Shown here: positions 1 through 14,235 of the stretch, one piece after another
Layout of the letters: every line of letters begins with the position of its first letter
How positions within the stretch are numbered: position 1 is the first letter of the stretch
Assembly (NCBI GenBank): GCA_965153355.1
Contig: OZ231126.1
Span: forward strand, 42,470,001-42,534,000
Reading direction: 5' to 3'
Source: Flaccisagitta enflata
Taxonomy: Eukaryota
Length of the DNA: 64,000 bases
The notes under the pieces: model-generated
The model's input: only the letters and a program-made list of their open reading frames with translations
The model's database searches: none
What the model was told of the DNA's origin: nothing
Position numbers and translations under genes: made by a program

Positions 1-233
1 AGCGACAGGTTATGTTTATATTACGTAAGTTTATACATTACTTGCGTAAAGGGTGAAGAAATAATATATAGGTCACTTCACCCACTTCATAACTAAAACT
101 AGTTTCACTAACGTCCTGATATGATTGAAGATCTAATTTTGCTTCGGCAATCACTAGTACTTAACCGAATCTCCTTCAAAACATTACACCGCATGAATTG
201 TCGCCAACATTCAAGACTACTTTCCCCTTTTAC

Positions 234-504
234 CTCGTCGCGTGCTTGGATTATTGTTGCCACACATAATTTTGGCGATATTTTTCGCCGCGTCATTCTT
301 CTCGGCTACGTTGAGAATCTTCATGACGCTCGTGTTGTTGGTTCCTTCCGGTGGTGGAGAATCGAGATCGTTTGTCAAGGACTGACAAAGACGATTTACA
401 GTGAAGAATGGCCGCCAGTTGGAGCCGAGTATCGACGGGCGTCTCCAAGGTAAAAATGTCAACTGAGGCACCAAACGAGAAGGAAGGATGAATGACAAGT
501 TCAT
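234..504 (-). CDS. TOP3A: DNA topoisomerase III alpha, first coding exon (gene continues off the left edge of the window)
   Basis: Translates to ...MKILNVAEKNDAAKNIAKIM, the TOPRIM N-terminal motif VAEKNDAAK of Top3-alpha. In-frame ATGs at 504 and 324, in-frame stop at 511-513, donor GAG|GTAAAA at 234/233. Confidence 0.88.
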
Positions 505-693
505 AATAAATCAGAATCTGCCGCCATTATTTTGTCGCGCCGAGTCCGTTATTGTACAGACGGCGGCATATTATGGTTTTTTTCTGGGACAGACACGAAG
601 TCTGCGAGGCCTCGAGCTCCAAAACGCGTTCGAAACATCCAGATGTTGGCAATCAGAAAGTAAAATGCCTGTCGAATTTCAAGGGAAAAATGA

Positions 694-1270
694 AACGGGT
701 CACCCAAGGGCAATATGTGGTCAGCGATACCCGTTGCCCTGCTTTGAGTGATAGTGAATTGGAGTGAGGGGAAGCAGGGCAGCGGCCTTGAAGGGGATGA
801 AGTCCCGTAGAACACGGGGACTTTCGTTCTTCCTGCCTGAAGAAGTAGATGAGATGCTATGGAGGGCTGACTGAAGGCCTTCAAGAGCCTAATCTGAGGT
901 CTAAGAAGGATGATGTAAGGCCTGAGAATGCAAATTGGAGGCTTGAGAGGGCTGCTTAGAGGCTCGAGAGGGCTGGGAAGGCCAGACGACTGATTTGAAA
1001 CCTGAAAATTGAGGCTTAGATGGCTGATTGGCTTAGATGGCTGATTGGAGGCCTGAGACCCAGGTTTGAGGCCTGAGAGGTTGGATTCTGAGCGGCCAGA
1101 TTTGAGGCCTAAGAGGCTGGATTTGAGGCCTAAGAGGCTGGATTTGAGGCCTGACAGGCCACATTCAAGGCCTGAGAGGCCTGATGAGAGGGGGGGGACG
1201 AACAAACAAACAAACCAAAGTTCCCCCGTGTTCTACAGGACTACGCCCCCTTCGCGACCGCTGTCCAAAA
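694..1270 (-). mobile_element. Non-autonomous element, family B (HINE/MITE-like, GGGCAGCGGCCCC ends, 21-bp internal minisatellite)
   Basis: Shares the end motif GGGCAATATGTGGTCAGCGATACCCGTTGCCC and GTAGAACAC..GGGGACTTT with the copies at 51633-52294 and 57969-58482. Internal GAGGCCTGAGAGG repeats. Confidence 0.75.
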
Positions 1271-1919
1271 ACAAAAATAACAGATTCATCAGGAACAAAC
1301 TGAGAAAGCGGGCGGAGTAAAACGCAAAACTGTTAAAGGGAGAACAAATGAGAGAAATAGAGAGCCAACGGCAAACAGTAAATCAGAAAAACGCGAAAAA
1401 TATCCATGTGACGCCATTTTGAATTAGTGTAATCGTAAAGGCGACCCTATACCATACGCCCGAGAAAAATAGTATTACTATTTTTGCTATTGTGAAATCA
1501 TTACTTTATACCTAATTCTCGATAGATTCATATAATTCAAATAAATCAAACTATTCACAATGCAACCAACGCCAGATGTTTGCTAAAGTATGGTAAAACG
1601 GAGGAACGATTTGGCATCGCGTCTCACTGTCCTCACTGGGAAACCAAAAAATGCATATTGCAAATGCATTATTCTCTTCACAACTACACTCCGTTTTTGA
1701 TATCCCTTATCCACAAGCTAGGAAAAAATAATCAATGAAGACAAAACCAGAAATAACGTAAAAATTTGTAATGAGCAAATCGAGTAAAACGTAAAGGCAA
1801 GTTCGGTATCGGTATTACAGAGTGACGTAGCTTTTTTGAGAATTCGTTTGGTAAATATGTAATCGTAGGTGGTGGTTGGGATAGCATTGCTTTTCAGAAA
1901 GCGCGCTGTCGACAGCGAA

Positions 1920-1966
<47 letters not shown>

Positions 1967-2372
1967 ATCAATGTTTCAAGCGCATAATAAATAATAACTA
2001 CGAACTGTTCTACAGTATATGAAGTCACGGACTTACGTCGTATTCATGCTACATTGCTAGAAAGAAAAACGTTTTCTCAGCTCAAGCAAATAACACGTTA
2101 GAAATGAGGCAAATAAAGTGAAGCGTTAGGTTGTTTTTTTTTCCTTAGACTCAACCTTTCACCACTGATAATTATTAACCAAATTATCATTTTTATTTTT
2201 TTTTGAATTTCAATCATCTCCTATTTTTTCAGCGCGTGTAAAGATTGTCAAAATTATATATACTTATAGCAACTGCACCCAGTTTCGTTGAAAATGAGAC
2301 TAATATATCAGTTAGAAAATTTCATTTTTTCTTTTACTAGGTTTTTTTGTATAAAAGCAGAATATAGGGGAT

Positions 2373-3957
<1,585 letters not shown>

Positions 3958-4079
3958 CTAATGGGTTTTGATTTTCTTCATTGTCATCACTAATCCAGGT
4001 GCAAAACAAGCTGCACTACAATAAACAAATTAAGGGCTAAATAGGGATTTAGAAAAAAATGGAAGATAAATGAAATTTA

Positions 4080-4566
4080 AAAAAGCTTCAAAATTACAGT
4101 CCCCGACTGGGGACTGTAATTTTTGAGTTTTCCTGCCGCGGTAAACGCGACTTGCAAGATACACACTCACAAAAAAAAATTTCAAAAAAAAAAAATTTCA
4201 GAAAAAAATTTCAAAAAAAACAATTTACAAAAAATTTCAAATAAAAAATTTTCAAAAAAAAAATTTCAAAAAAAAAAAAAAAAAACTAAAAAATTCAAAA
4301 AAAAAATTTCAAAAATTTTTTTTTTGGAAAAATAATTGATGTCCATGATGGCATGCATACCTTACAGTCCATGACGGCATACCCTAAACCATGACGGCAT
4401 ACCTTTAAGTCCATGACGGCATACCTTAAAATCCATTACGGCATACCTAGCCCACGATTTAGCACACCTTGAACATTAAACACTGAAGTCTGGCGAAGGC
4501 AAACTCTTGTCCTTGGAGTCCTTGACGGCAAACCTGTGTGTGTGTGTGTGTGTGTGCGCATCTGCA

Positions 4567-4637
<71 letters not shown>

Positions 4638-5369
4638 CTCACAACAGTTATATATTACTACATAAACAGTTTATATTCATAAACCAGACTTCAGATTTAA
4701 ATCGAATTTTGCAGGAGCTGTTTAATTGACATTATTTGCCTGTTTACTAAGTTTTAAAAAAAATTCATAAACTTTTACCACCCTTTGCCTATGAAAACTG
4801 CTTAAGTCCTAATAACATATTACTACATAAATACGCTAATATCTCATAAACCAGACTTCAGATTTAATTCGAATTTTGTAGGGGTTATTCATTTACTACC
4901 TCTAATGGTACCAAAACTGTAAAAATCTGCACATACCTTACTACCCTTTGCCTACAGAACTGCCTAAGTCCTAGCAAACATATTACTACATAAATAAGCT
5001 AATATCTCATAAAACTACTTCAGATTAACTGACTTTCACGAGGTGTGTTCATTTACTACCCTCTCTCAGATACCAAATTAAAAAAATTCATAAACCTTTA
5101 CTACCCTCTACCTATGTAAACCACCTAAGCCCCAGCTAGCTATTACTACAAAAATAATAGGCAAAGGGTATAAAAGATTTATGAATTTTTTCTGAAAATT
5201 GGTACACAAGCTCCTATTGACCCATAAACAACAATTCTCAGCAAAGCTCTTACTTAAATTTGTAAGCCTCTACCCAAAATATGTGGTTTAAATACAGACA
5301 GACGACAGACTACACGATCAGGTCCATCACATAGTCCACCGACGAAAACTGTTCGTCGGGGACAAAAAA
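4080..5369 (-). mobile_element. Helentron-associated element, family C, copy 2
   Basis: Same termini and module order as 2373-3957, with fewer 22-bp units and a more diverged distal part. Confidence 0.75.
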
Positions 5370-5708
5370 GAAAAACTATAAGTGTCTTAAAATTAATGTC
5401 CCAATACTCCCTGATTACATGATCTGATCAAAAAAACTTTTGCATAATGACAAACCCGAATCTCCCATGACTTGTAACATGAACGAGATCGAAGAAAACA
5501 ATGATGTTCCTATTTACTGCGTTAAGTTCAAACTTTTTTTTGGCCGATCCGATCAAAATATCATTTAAACATGGAACTAATTTCAAAATAACACAGAATA
5601 ATAAAGAATTCGATCATGCAAAGATAAGACTATATATAATAGAATGAGTCAAAATACTAGGATCCATCGACCAAATTTCAATGTGGAGATTTAATGTCTC
5701 TCTTCTTG

Positions 5709-6361
5709 CACTAGTGCCCTCGGAGTGGAAAAAAGTTAGAGTTGAGTGACCATTGCCCCCTCCTGGTTTTTTAGGCTCTACTCAGTGTGGGGAAGTATTT
5801 TCTAGCCAAAATCAAATCATCCTTGGGGCGCTTTTTGAAAAAAATATAAAATTCAGGATTTTTAATCTGATTTTGCTTACGAAATTTTGCAGGTTGGTTT
5901 GATTCATTTTTTGTTAGCATATTGTTAATCATGACAAGATTAGCATATTGTTAATCTTGACAAGATCCCTTTTGTTTGATAGGTCGCACTATAAGGTTTT
6001 AAAAAGAAATACAATTTTCATATTTTAGGCCACCATTATGATTTTTATAACGGTAGCATAGAAAATGAAACTTTTATTTCTTTCTAAAACTCTATAGTGT
6101 GACCTATCAAATTAAAGGGAATTTCATCAGAATAACAAGTGCACCAGATTGAATTCCCTAAGATTACCAACCAAACCTATGAAAAAATTTTATTAAAAAT
6201 TATGCAAAAAATCTTGAATTTTTCTCTTTTTTCAAAAAGCGCCCCAAGGATGATTTGAATTTGGCTAGAAAACACTTCCCCACATTTAGTGGAGCCTAAA
6301 AAACTAGGTGGGGGCAATGGTCACTAAACTCGAACTTTTTTCCACCCTGGGGGCACTAGTG
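5709..6361. mobile_element. Fold-back MITE, CMC/Chapaev-like
   Basis: Termini CACTAGTGCCC...GGGCACTAGTG. Long imperfect inverted arms over most of its length. 4-bp TSD CTTG (5705-5708 and 6362-6365). Confidence 0.85.
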
Positions 6362-6546
6362 CTTGCAGCAAACATGCTAACATGACGTAAAAAGTTTTGT
6401 TATTTTGAGTTTTGCCGTTATCATACGACCATATTTCATCATGATTGACAAAGTACACAGGCAAACGGCCACACACTACCACCGCGTGGACCTCAGAAAA
6501 AAATTGTTCCGTCCAATTTTCGCGACAACACAAAAAGTGCCCTAAT

Positions 6547-9378
6547 TCATCCAAAAACTTTCTCCACTCTCCGCCGGGCTTTGGCGGGACTCCCTTCGTG
6601 ACCATAGGGTTGACCAACGCCACCGTTTGACTCTTGCGTGTCTCTTAACTTGGAAACGCCGGCGCCACCGCTGGCCCCAATGCCAACACCCTCTGATACT
6701 TCACTTTGGGGCGACTTTGGGGCGAAAAATAGTTTCTTGGCCCCGATGAAGATTTTCGAGAACCAGTAAATATTAATCGCGTCGAGGATAAAGCAAACGG
6801 CCAACGCCACGTAACGAAGCACGCCCAGATCCTGGACATGTGACCGGGAAAAACAGACGGAAATGAAGGGATTTGTGGCTTCGCTTGCATACAGTGTAAA
6901 TGTCATCTTGACTTGGAAATACGGGGGAATTCATATTAGGAAGACAAATAAAAACAAAAAGGGAATACAAGGATGCATTACAGTAAGACTCACGTAATCA
7001 CGTTCTCGGATTAGACATGTTTTGTATTGAACCTATCGCGTTACAGTCTTTTATCATGGTCGTGCATATTAACATTACTTATGGTTACATGCCTGTGAAT
7101 GATCACTATCGCTCTTTCTATTCATAGGCCATTCAGTAAGTGTTGCGCGCGTCTCGGGTTTAGTTAATAGTAACGATCTAGTCTTCTCCTCCAATGATAA
7201 CTTCGCGTGGCTACTGTATCTAATACTACCTTTATCTCCATCGTTCGTCTACTACAATACAATGAGTGATCCAATTGTTACATCTCAATCTCTCATCTAG
7301 ATACAGTAGTTTTGAATGAAGATTCTATTCATGAGAAACAGCTCATAAGTGACGACAGATGGACATTAACGACTGAACTTATTCACTAGGTGAGCTCTTA
7401 CATTATTGACGATGGGTGTTGGTTGCCAAAGAAACACCTGTACAGTGTACAAGATCATAAGTGGACGTTTAGCCACCAACCATTTTGCCTGAAACGACTG
7501 ATGCTTCCAGAGTTTAGATTATCACTGTTCGAATAAATCATTGCTGTGTACGAACATGTTCTTAGGTGTACCGACCGACCGAACGTCTTACTTGAAACGC
7601 GGGATAATCGTAAACGGAAAACATTTTGCCGTAGTAAAATGGCATCGTGAGAATCCGTACGAGGAAGAAGCTGATGAATAGTAAAGCGCCGTTGATCGCG
7701 TATCCTTTCGACTTACGCAAGCCCAACGCGTCAAGGAACCTGCAGAGCAGAGGGGTAGCACAAAGCATAAGGCACAAATTGTAGATCATCGTCCGGGACA
7801 AGCGAGTTTTCCTTAACGTGTTCGGTTGACTCAAAAGACAGCTGAATGTGATCCTGTACACATTCTTGTTATGCCCATCGTCAAAGAGAAGAGCGCGCGT
7901 GCGAATTTTGTTTTCTTCAAGAGACCGTATATGAGTGATGATAAGACTGAAATAATCGTGTTTGATCTTGATCATTACCTCATTCCTGCCAATACACTTA
8001 GAAAACAATCGTCCGCATCTCTCTCACCATCTTTGATTGACGAAGGGCGTTGAGAGTTCGGCGAGTAACCGGAAGTTGGCGAACCACGGCAAAATGCCGT
8101 AGGACATGACGTAATAGTAGGCGTAGATGGTGACACAATGATGAGTCACGAAGAAAAACTCGCCGATCACGGTCCAATTGAGGATTAAGATGACTAAATC
8201 CGCCAGCAAGTACCTGAAATAAGATGAGAGACAACATCACAATATGATGCACATTTGGAGAGTCATCATGGTCAAATCCAGAAAGTCGAGTATCTTTCAC
8301 CACCGTTACAGAGACATTTAAACCCCGCTATACCGGATCTTGAGGAGATAACAAATTTTATAAAACTAGTTGAAACAAAATTAGGAAAGCGGGTCCGTTG
8401 GGGCGGGGTTCCACCGCACTCCCAAGACTGACCCGATAACGATGGCGCAGTTGAATCTGACGAGACACGATTCGCACCAAATGGGATTCTTCCTGATCCC
8501 CGCGTCAAAGAGGAGTTCGTGAAGGCAAATAGAGGCGACGATGACGACGTGAACGTTGGATACGACCCGCGAATTCCAGTCGATCACTTGAGTCCGCGAA
8601 AAAGATCGATATCTAAATAGTCGCAAAAGCGTCAGATGGTCAGCGGTGCCCGTTGCCCCTTTGTGAGTGTATGAGGGTGTGAGGTGGTTAGAGGGGCAGC
8701 GGCCCCAAAGGGGCCGATGACCTATGTTTAGTAAGTTTCTGAGATTCAGGCCTCAAGGCTAGGGTTTGGGCTTCAAGGCTGGGATTTGAGCCTTGAGGCT
8801 GGGTTTTGAGCATCGAGGCTCAGATTTTAGCCTCAAGGCTCAGATTTGAGTTCAAGGCTCAGATTTGAGCCTCAAGTCATTCAGATCGTAGGCCAATAAA
8901 ATGTGTTGCCCCTCAAGTTTGGAACTCTTTGGCGACTAGAATGAAACAGTCCCCCAGTATTGCTTCCTTCAAAAATGGTTCCAAATTGGACCTCCTCGCC
9001 CCTTATAGGCGCTTTTCCTGTGCTGAACGTGGCTGCCGGTCTTGCGCTGGCTTGCCTGTGTAATTTTTTGCCTTTCTCCTTGGCCCTTTGGCCATTTTTT
9101 CTGCTTTTGTCCCGTGTAATATTTTACCTATGCGCGCAGTGGCTTCATCGCTGTTGTGTCTTGGTTTCTTTTAGTTAATCTTGCTCCCGTGAGATGGTAG
9201 TTTTATGGTCGTTATGCGGGCCTTGTCGTGTTATGGATTTTCACTGTTTAATTGGTTATGGATTGGTCGCTGGCTATAAGAGTTTAGACTGGCTTATATT
9301 TTAGGCGTCATATTGATTGGATGGTATTTAGGGAGTCATTTTTTTCTCACGGTGTCTCTTTTTACCTCGTGTTATTTC

Positions 9379-9439
<61 letters not shown>

Positions 9440-10329
9440 ATTTCGTTCATGTTATTCTCGTTATTCTAGTAGTTATTCTTGTTTTTCGTCCATTTTTGCG
9501 TTCTTATTACCATTTGGAAAAAAAAACCCATTGTATTAATGTATGGCAATCGCTTGGGACAGAGAGTTCCTGAGTGATTGCAACTAATGACCTAACGAAC
9601 AGACAAAATACTATGTTTTCTGAGTCAATAGGGTCTCGGCCGTTGGACTTATTCACTTTTCTTCTTGTTTCCAGAAAGATTTGGGGCTGACGGCTGGGAT
9701 TTGGGCCTCGAGGCTGAGATTTGAGCCTCAAGGTTGGTAATTGAGCCAAGAGACTGGGATTTGATCCTTGATTGGGTGAAGGGGGGGACGGAGAAGGAGG
9801 AGGAGAAGGAGGAGGAGGAGGAGAAAATCTCCCATATGTGTAAAAGCATAGGTCATCGGCCCCTTCGGGGCCGCTGCCCAAAAGTAGAGTAGAAAGACGG
9901 TGTCGGTGGGACAGGGATCGAACAAGCAAATATTCCATTTGATGACAGTTTGATCAAACTTTATGAGGCTTTCTAGGAGGCGGTGTGCAAAATTTGCGCT
10001 AAAATTCATGGCGACAAATAAACCAGGACTGCCACGCCCTTATTGCCACAAATAAAAGCCATTCTCAATCAATCCCTCGCAATTTATAGCCTTACCCTAT
10101 CATGACAATCCTACCTTGGAAACAGCGAGTAGGAAATGTTGGGCGAGACGACTTTGTAAATAAATATGAAGAAGAGAGAGGAAACTAAAGCGACGGGATA
10201 ATAAGTAAAATTGAGCAACCGGTCCACTTCCACGCGAAGTTCCTGAGAGTAGTGATCAATCGTGTCCCAGGCCTCCCGACTCAACGACGGCGAGAAGGAT
10301 GACAGCGAAGACATTTTGTCATCCAACAT
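6547..10329 (-). CDS. TLCD4: TLC domain-containing protein 4 (TMEM56-like), 337 aa, 5 coding exons
   Basis: Exons 10329-10115, 8612-8433, 8213-8028, 7739-7592, 6831-6547, all GT-AG and phase-compatible (1014 nt). Motifs [39 protein letters not shown] and NIYWFSKI. Confidence 0.93.
8630..9884. mobile_element. Family B element pieces (8630-8880 and 9675-9884) in TLCD4 intron 1
   Basis: GGGCAGCGGCCCCAAAGGGGCCGATGACCTATG at ~8694 and the inverted CATAGGTCATCGGCCCCTTCGGGGCCGCTGCCCAAAA at ~9847, with a 21-bp repeat interior. Confidence 0.65.
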
Positions 10330-11074
10330 CGAAAGTTGTTATTGTTTGTTTTTTTGTTTTTTTTTTTGTCAGACGGCTTTAAACGTCTAAGTTGGACATG
10401 ACAGATCAAGTTTAGTAAACAGAGATCACAACTGTATGCCAATCGCTACTCAGAAGCTTGTGTAGATTTCATCTCGGAATACAGTAGGCAATGTATAAAT
10501 TGAAGGTATCGATGGAGAATTATGATCGATGGTGCAAGTTTTTTTCTTTTCCGAAAAAAAAATCAGTGTAGTATGAAACAATAAATTGCTACGTAAAACA
10601 CGGCAGTCGATTTGATATTTGAAAAGACCAATAAGGGGGGATCTTATCCACATTGCAAGGTGACAAAATATCTTGATGACTAATTCTAAGAATAGATCCG
10701 GAGCGACAAACGAAATTCAAGAATATGTAGGAAAATAAATTAAAACTGTCACAGAAGTCGTGAATAATTTTCAAGCCGATTCAATAAATGAATGGGGTGT
10801 TGATAATTGATAGATTTTGCGCACGCAGTGCGGATACTACTCTAAATTCAGTATATAACCGGTCAAACGCCGTTCTTCGTGACGCAGGAAATGCCAATTT
10901 TCAAGCATATACTGAATGAAACTAGAAACAGCTAACTGCCTCTTGGATAATCAATCACGTTATCCCTCAATCTGTCCTCTGAATCTTTCTCTTTCTAGTA
11001 TCCTCAGCACTTCCTCACAATCCCTCACTCGTCCAGGCCAGCCGTCTCAGTTCATACTAACTACTACGTCCTTT

Positions 11075-11587
11075 TCACATTCCGGGCATAAGATAGGCCG
11101 CATTTTCCATAATTTGCGCTTGCAAATTGCGCGTTTCCTCGTCGTCTTTCAACTCTGGTATCTCGGAAGTCAAGAGCGCCGTCAGAGGCGCGGTGGCGCA
11201 GAGCAACGAGTCCATGAGCACGGACAAGCCGCCCTGAACGGCGAGGGGCGTCGTAGTGGCCGTCAGCCGAGTACCGATCACCGTCAAAGATTCGCCCAAC
11301 AGCTTCAAATTGGCGGCCGAGTCTAAGCTGGTAGACGGACATGGAGCGGATGTGGAACACGTGGCAGTAGACGCTGGAGATGGAGATGGAATCGAAGAAT
11401 AATCGACGTCTGGAGGAGGAACGAATTGAGAGGGATCCGGAGGAGGAGCGGGAGGAGGCGAGGGCAAGACGGGACGAGCTACTGGATGGGAGGTAGAAGG
11501 ATTGGGGGAAGAGATCGGAGAGGGAATGGAGGGCTTTATCGAAGAAGTTACCGGCTGATGAGAACCGAGGTGAAGTGCTGAGTTCCC
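11075..11587 (-). CDS. HMGXB4: HMG domain-containing protein 4-like, terminal coding exon (upstream exons not located)
   Basis: LDSAANLKLLGESLTVIGTRL...AVQGGLSVLMDSLLCATAPL...IPEL...MENAAYLMPGM* matches the HMGXB4 C-terminus (AAHLQLLGESLSLIG...LSVLLDS...DNIAYIMPGL). In-frame acceptor TTCTCAG|GGG at 11588/11587. The 5' boundary is tentative. Confidence 0.8.
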   Translation of the reverse strand, partial: GNSALHLGSHQPVTSSIKPSIPSPISSPNPSTSHPVARPVLPSPPPAPPPDPSQFVPPPDVDYSSIPSPSPASTATCSTSAPCPSTSLDSAANLKLLGESLTVIGTRLTATTTPLAVQGGLSVLMDSLLCATAPLTALLTSEIPELKDDEETRNLQAQIMENAAYLMPGM

Positions 11588-12244
11588 CTGAGAATACCTT
11601 CAAAGTTTGCTTGAAAATTGGAATGCAGTGCTCGCGACTATCGAAAAAGCACCTTTGTGCCAAGTGCGTGGGGCAAGAGAAGAAAAAGTGGAGGGAGCGT
11701 AAAGCAGTAAACAACACTTGATGGTCAGTGATTCAGTTGATCACCTTTTTTTTACGGAAAATAGGGAAACAGAAGCAAAAACGGAATTGTTAGCTGGTCT
11801 TTAAATAACACGCTTAAGGTTGAATGCTAATAGGTTTTATAATTATGTAATGATAGTGTGAATAAACGTCAGATATAATTGGGGGAAATGAGGCAAAGGG
11901 GAAGATCCAAATTTAGAGAGGAACAGTACAGAAACATCTCTCCAAGTTTGAAATACAGTGGTGGTCAACTCTTTTTAGCCGGTTGCTCAAAAGAAAGAAA
12001 ACTGAGAGGAAGAAAGAGAGAGGAAAGTAATCGTGATCCTGCATGAGAGTTGGACAGGAATGAGACAAGGAATAGAAAATAAGAGGAAGAAAAATGGTTG
12101 GAAGCAAAACAAAGAAAGAGATGCCGGTGATGCCTGTTTGTTTCCAACATCTCTTACATACCTCTGCCAACCTGGCTAGTCTATCAATCTCGCCATTTGT
12201 TTTTCCACCTAATCTAGCTGTTTATCTTACTGTTTTGTGATACC

Positions 12245-12725
12245 TTTTTTGGGCAGCGGCCCCGGAGGGGCCGATGACCTATGATTCCACATAGGGCAAT
12301 TTTCTCCGGTTTCCGTCCGTCCGTCCCCCTACCAGCCTCAAATAAAGCCTCTCAGACCCCAAATCAGACCTTTCTGACCCCAAATCAGGCTTCTCAGACC
12401 TCAAATCAGGCCTCCCAGACCCCAAATCAGGCCTCTCAGACCCCAAATCAGGCCTCCCAGACCCCAGATCAGGCTTCTCAGACCCCAAATTAGGCCTCTC
12501 AGATCCAAATCAGGCCTCAGACCCCATGTCAGGCTTTTCAGACCCCAAATTAGACTCCTCAGACCCAAATAAGGCCTTTTAGACCCCAAATCAAGCCTCT
12601 CAGACCCCAAACCACGCCTCTCACACCCTAAATCAGACCTTTCAGAGCCAAAATCAGGCCTCTCAGCCCTCCAAACCAGCTTCTCAAACCGGAGAAAATT
12701 GTCCTATGTGGAATCATAGGTCATC
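12245..12725 (+). mobile_element. Family B element
   Basis: TTTTTGGGCAGCGGCCCCGGAGGGGCCGATGACCTATG start, array of 21-bp CCCCAAATCAGGCCTCTCAGA units, inverted CATAGGTCATC end. Confidence 0.75.
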
Positions 12726-12870
12726 TATAAGAGCCTTTGTCCGTCCGTCCGTCGGTCCGTCGGTCTGTAGGTCCGTCGGTGTGCACGAGTCAAAAAGTGT
12801 GAAAATGCGCATTTCCGCCCCTGCCCACCCGTCAACTGGTATGGCCTTGTATCCGGCCGTGTTTCTCTTA

Positions 12871-13358
12871 GTGCCATCTTGGCCATAAATATACGGACAG
12901 TTGGTGTATAAGTTTATTTACTGTCTAAAAGTGGAAACATGTCAGAAAGCATCTGATTTTTAGCATCACTGTCTTGGGTATCCACTGTCGCCTGCACAGG
13001 CTGTGGCATTGACTTGTAGAGAGATTTGAGGTACTCTGGAGTGATGATGTTCCGCGCTAACCTGGGAAGAGCTGAACTCATCCATCTTTATGTTATTTCT
13101 TTGCATATTGGTGCGAATCACCAGTGTGCTATCTTCAAGAGGCTAAAAAAAAATCGCCCCACCGATTTTGCCAAAAGCAAAAGTTTTCTTTGTTCTGCTC
13201 TCATTTCTAAACGAATGAAGATACAGGAACCAGCTTGGTCTCATTTGATAGATTTTTCAAAGATGCGAATTTTGAAAAAAAAATCAGCTCATTGCGACTA
13301 AAATTGAGCGAGCTATGACACTTTTAAGCTGTCCGTATATTTATGGCCAAGATGGTAC
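12871..13358 (-). mobile_element. Deleted Tc1-like DNA transposon
   Basis: 30-bp inverted repeats GT(G/A)CCATCTTGGCCATAAATATACGGACAG. Interior minus-strand ITPEYLKSLYKSMPQPVQATVD resembles the Tc1 transposase C-terminus (L..SMP.R..AVI). No clean TSD. Confidence 0.65.
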
Positions 13359-13499
13359 CTGCCGTTGGTTATTCGCTTATTCGTTCATGAATGAACGTGT
13401 CTACTGTCGATTTGTATCTCTGTCCTTCTCTAGTTATGTTGCTATTCTAGTCGCTGTTTTGTACGTCTATCTGTCTGTCTGTCTTTCTGGCTGTCTGTC

Positions 13500-13574
13500 T
13501 GTCGGTCTGACTGTCTGTCTGTTTGTCTGTATGTCTAATATCTGTTTGTCTTTATCATTTTTATGTGTGTATAT

Positions 13575-13620
<46 letters not shown>

Positions 13621-13923
13621 TCGCTACACTTTGCTCTCTCTGGTGCTCTGCTTTCTCACTCCCTCATTTCCCTCACTTCACTTTGTGTGTCTAGAATCTT
13701 TTTTTCTTATTCTCTCTGTCTTTTCGCCCTTTCCTGCACGTGGCTCCCTTTCTCTTTTTCTCTATCTGGTGCAGTGCAGTCTGCTGGTGGTGGTAGCGGC
13801 GGTGGGGAGGGCGAAGGGGGGGGGGTGCGGGGGTGGATGAGGGGGGGGGGTGTGCGATGTCTGTCTGTTTGTCTGTATGTCTAATATCTGTTTGTCTTTA
13901 TCATTTTTATGTGTGTATATAGG

Positions 13924-14000
<77 letters not shown>

Positions 14001-14235
14001 TCTCTACACTTTGCTCTCTCTGGTGCTCTGCTTTCTCACTCCCTCATTTCCCTCACTTCACTTTGTGTGTCTAGAACCTTTTTTTCTTATTCTCTCTGTC
14101 TTTTCGCCCTTTCCTGCACGTGGCTCCCTTTCTTTTTTTCTCTATCTGGTGCAGTGCAGTCTGCTGGTGGTGGTAGCGGCGGTGGGGAGGGCGAAGGGGG
14201 GGGGGGTGCGGGGGTGGATGGGGGGGGGATGTGCG
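13500..14235. repeat. Tandem duplication of a ~360-bp unit containing (CT)n and G-runs
   Basis: TGTCTGTTTGTCTGTATGTCTAATATC...GGGGGTGCGGGGGTGGATG occurs twice in a row, nearly identical. Confidence 0.85.

Noticed and set aside
7931-7952. GTGATGA...CTGA box C/D-like motifs in TLCD4 intron 3
   Set aside because: Antisense to the host gene and the boxes are far too close together.
12130-12172. Minus-strand LAEV...WKQ and a possible 10-nt microexon AG|GTTGGCAGAG|GT resembling the HMGXB4 HMG box
   Set aside because: Too short, with no neighbouring exons to support it. Likely chance.
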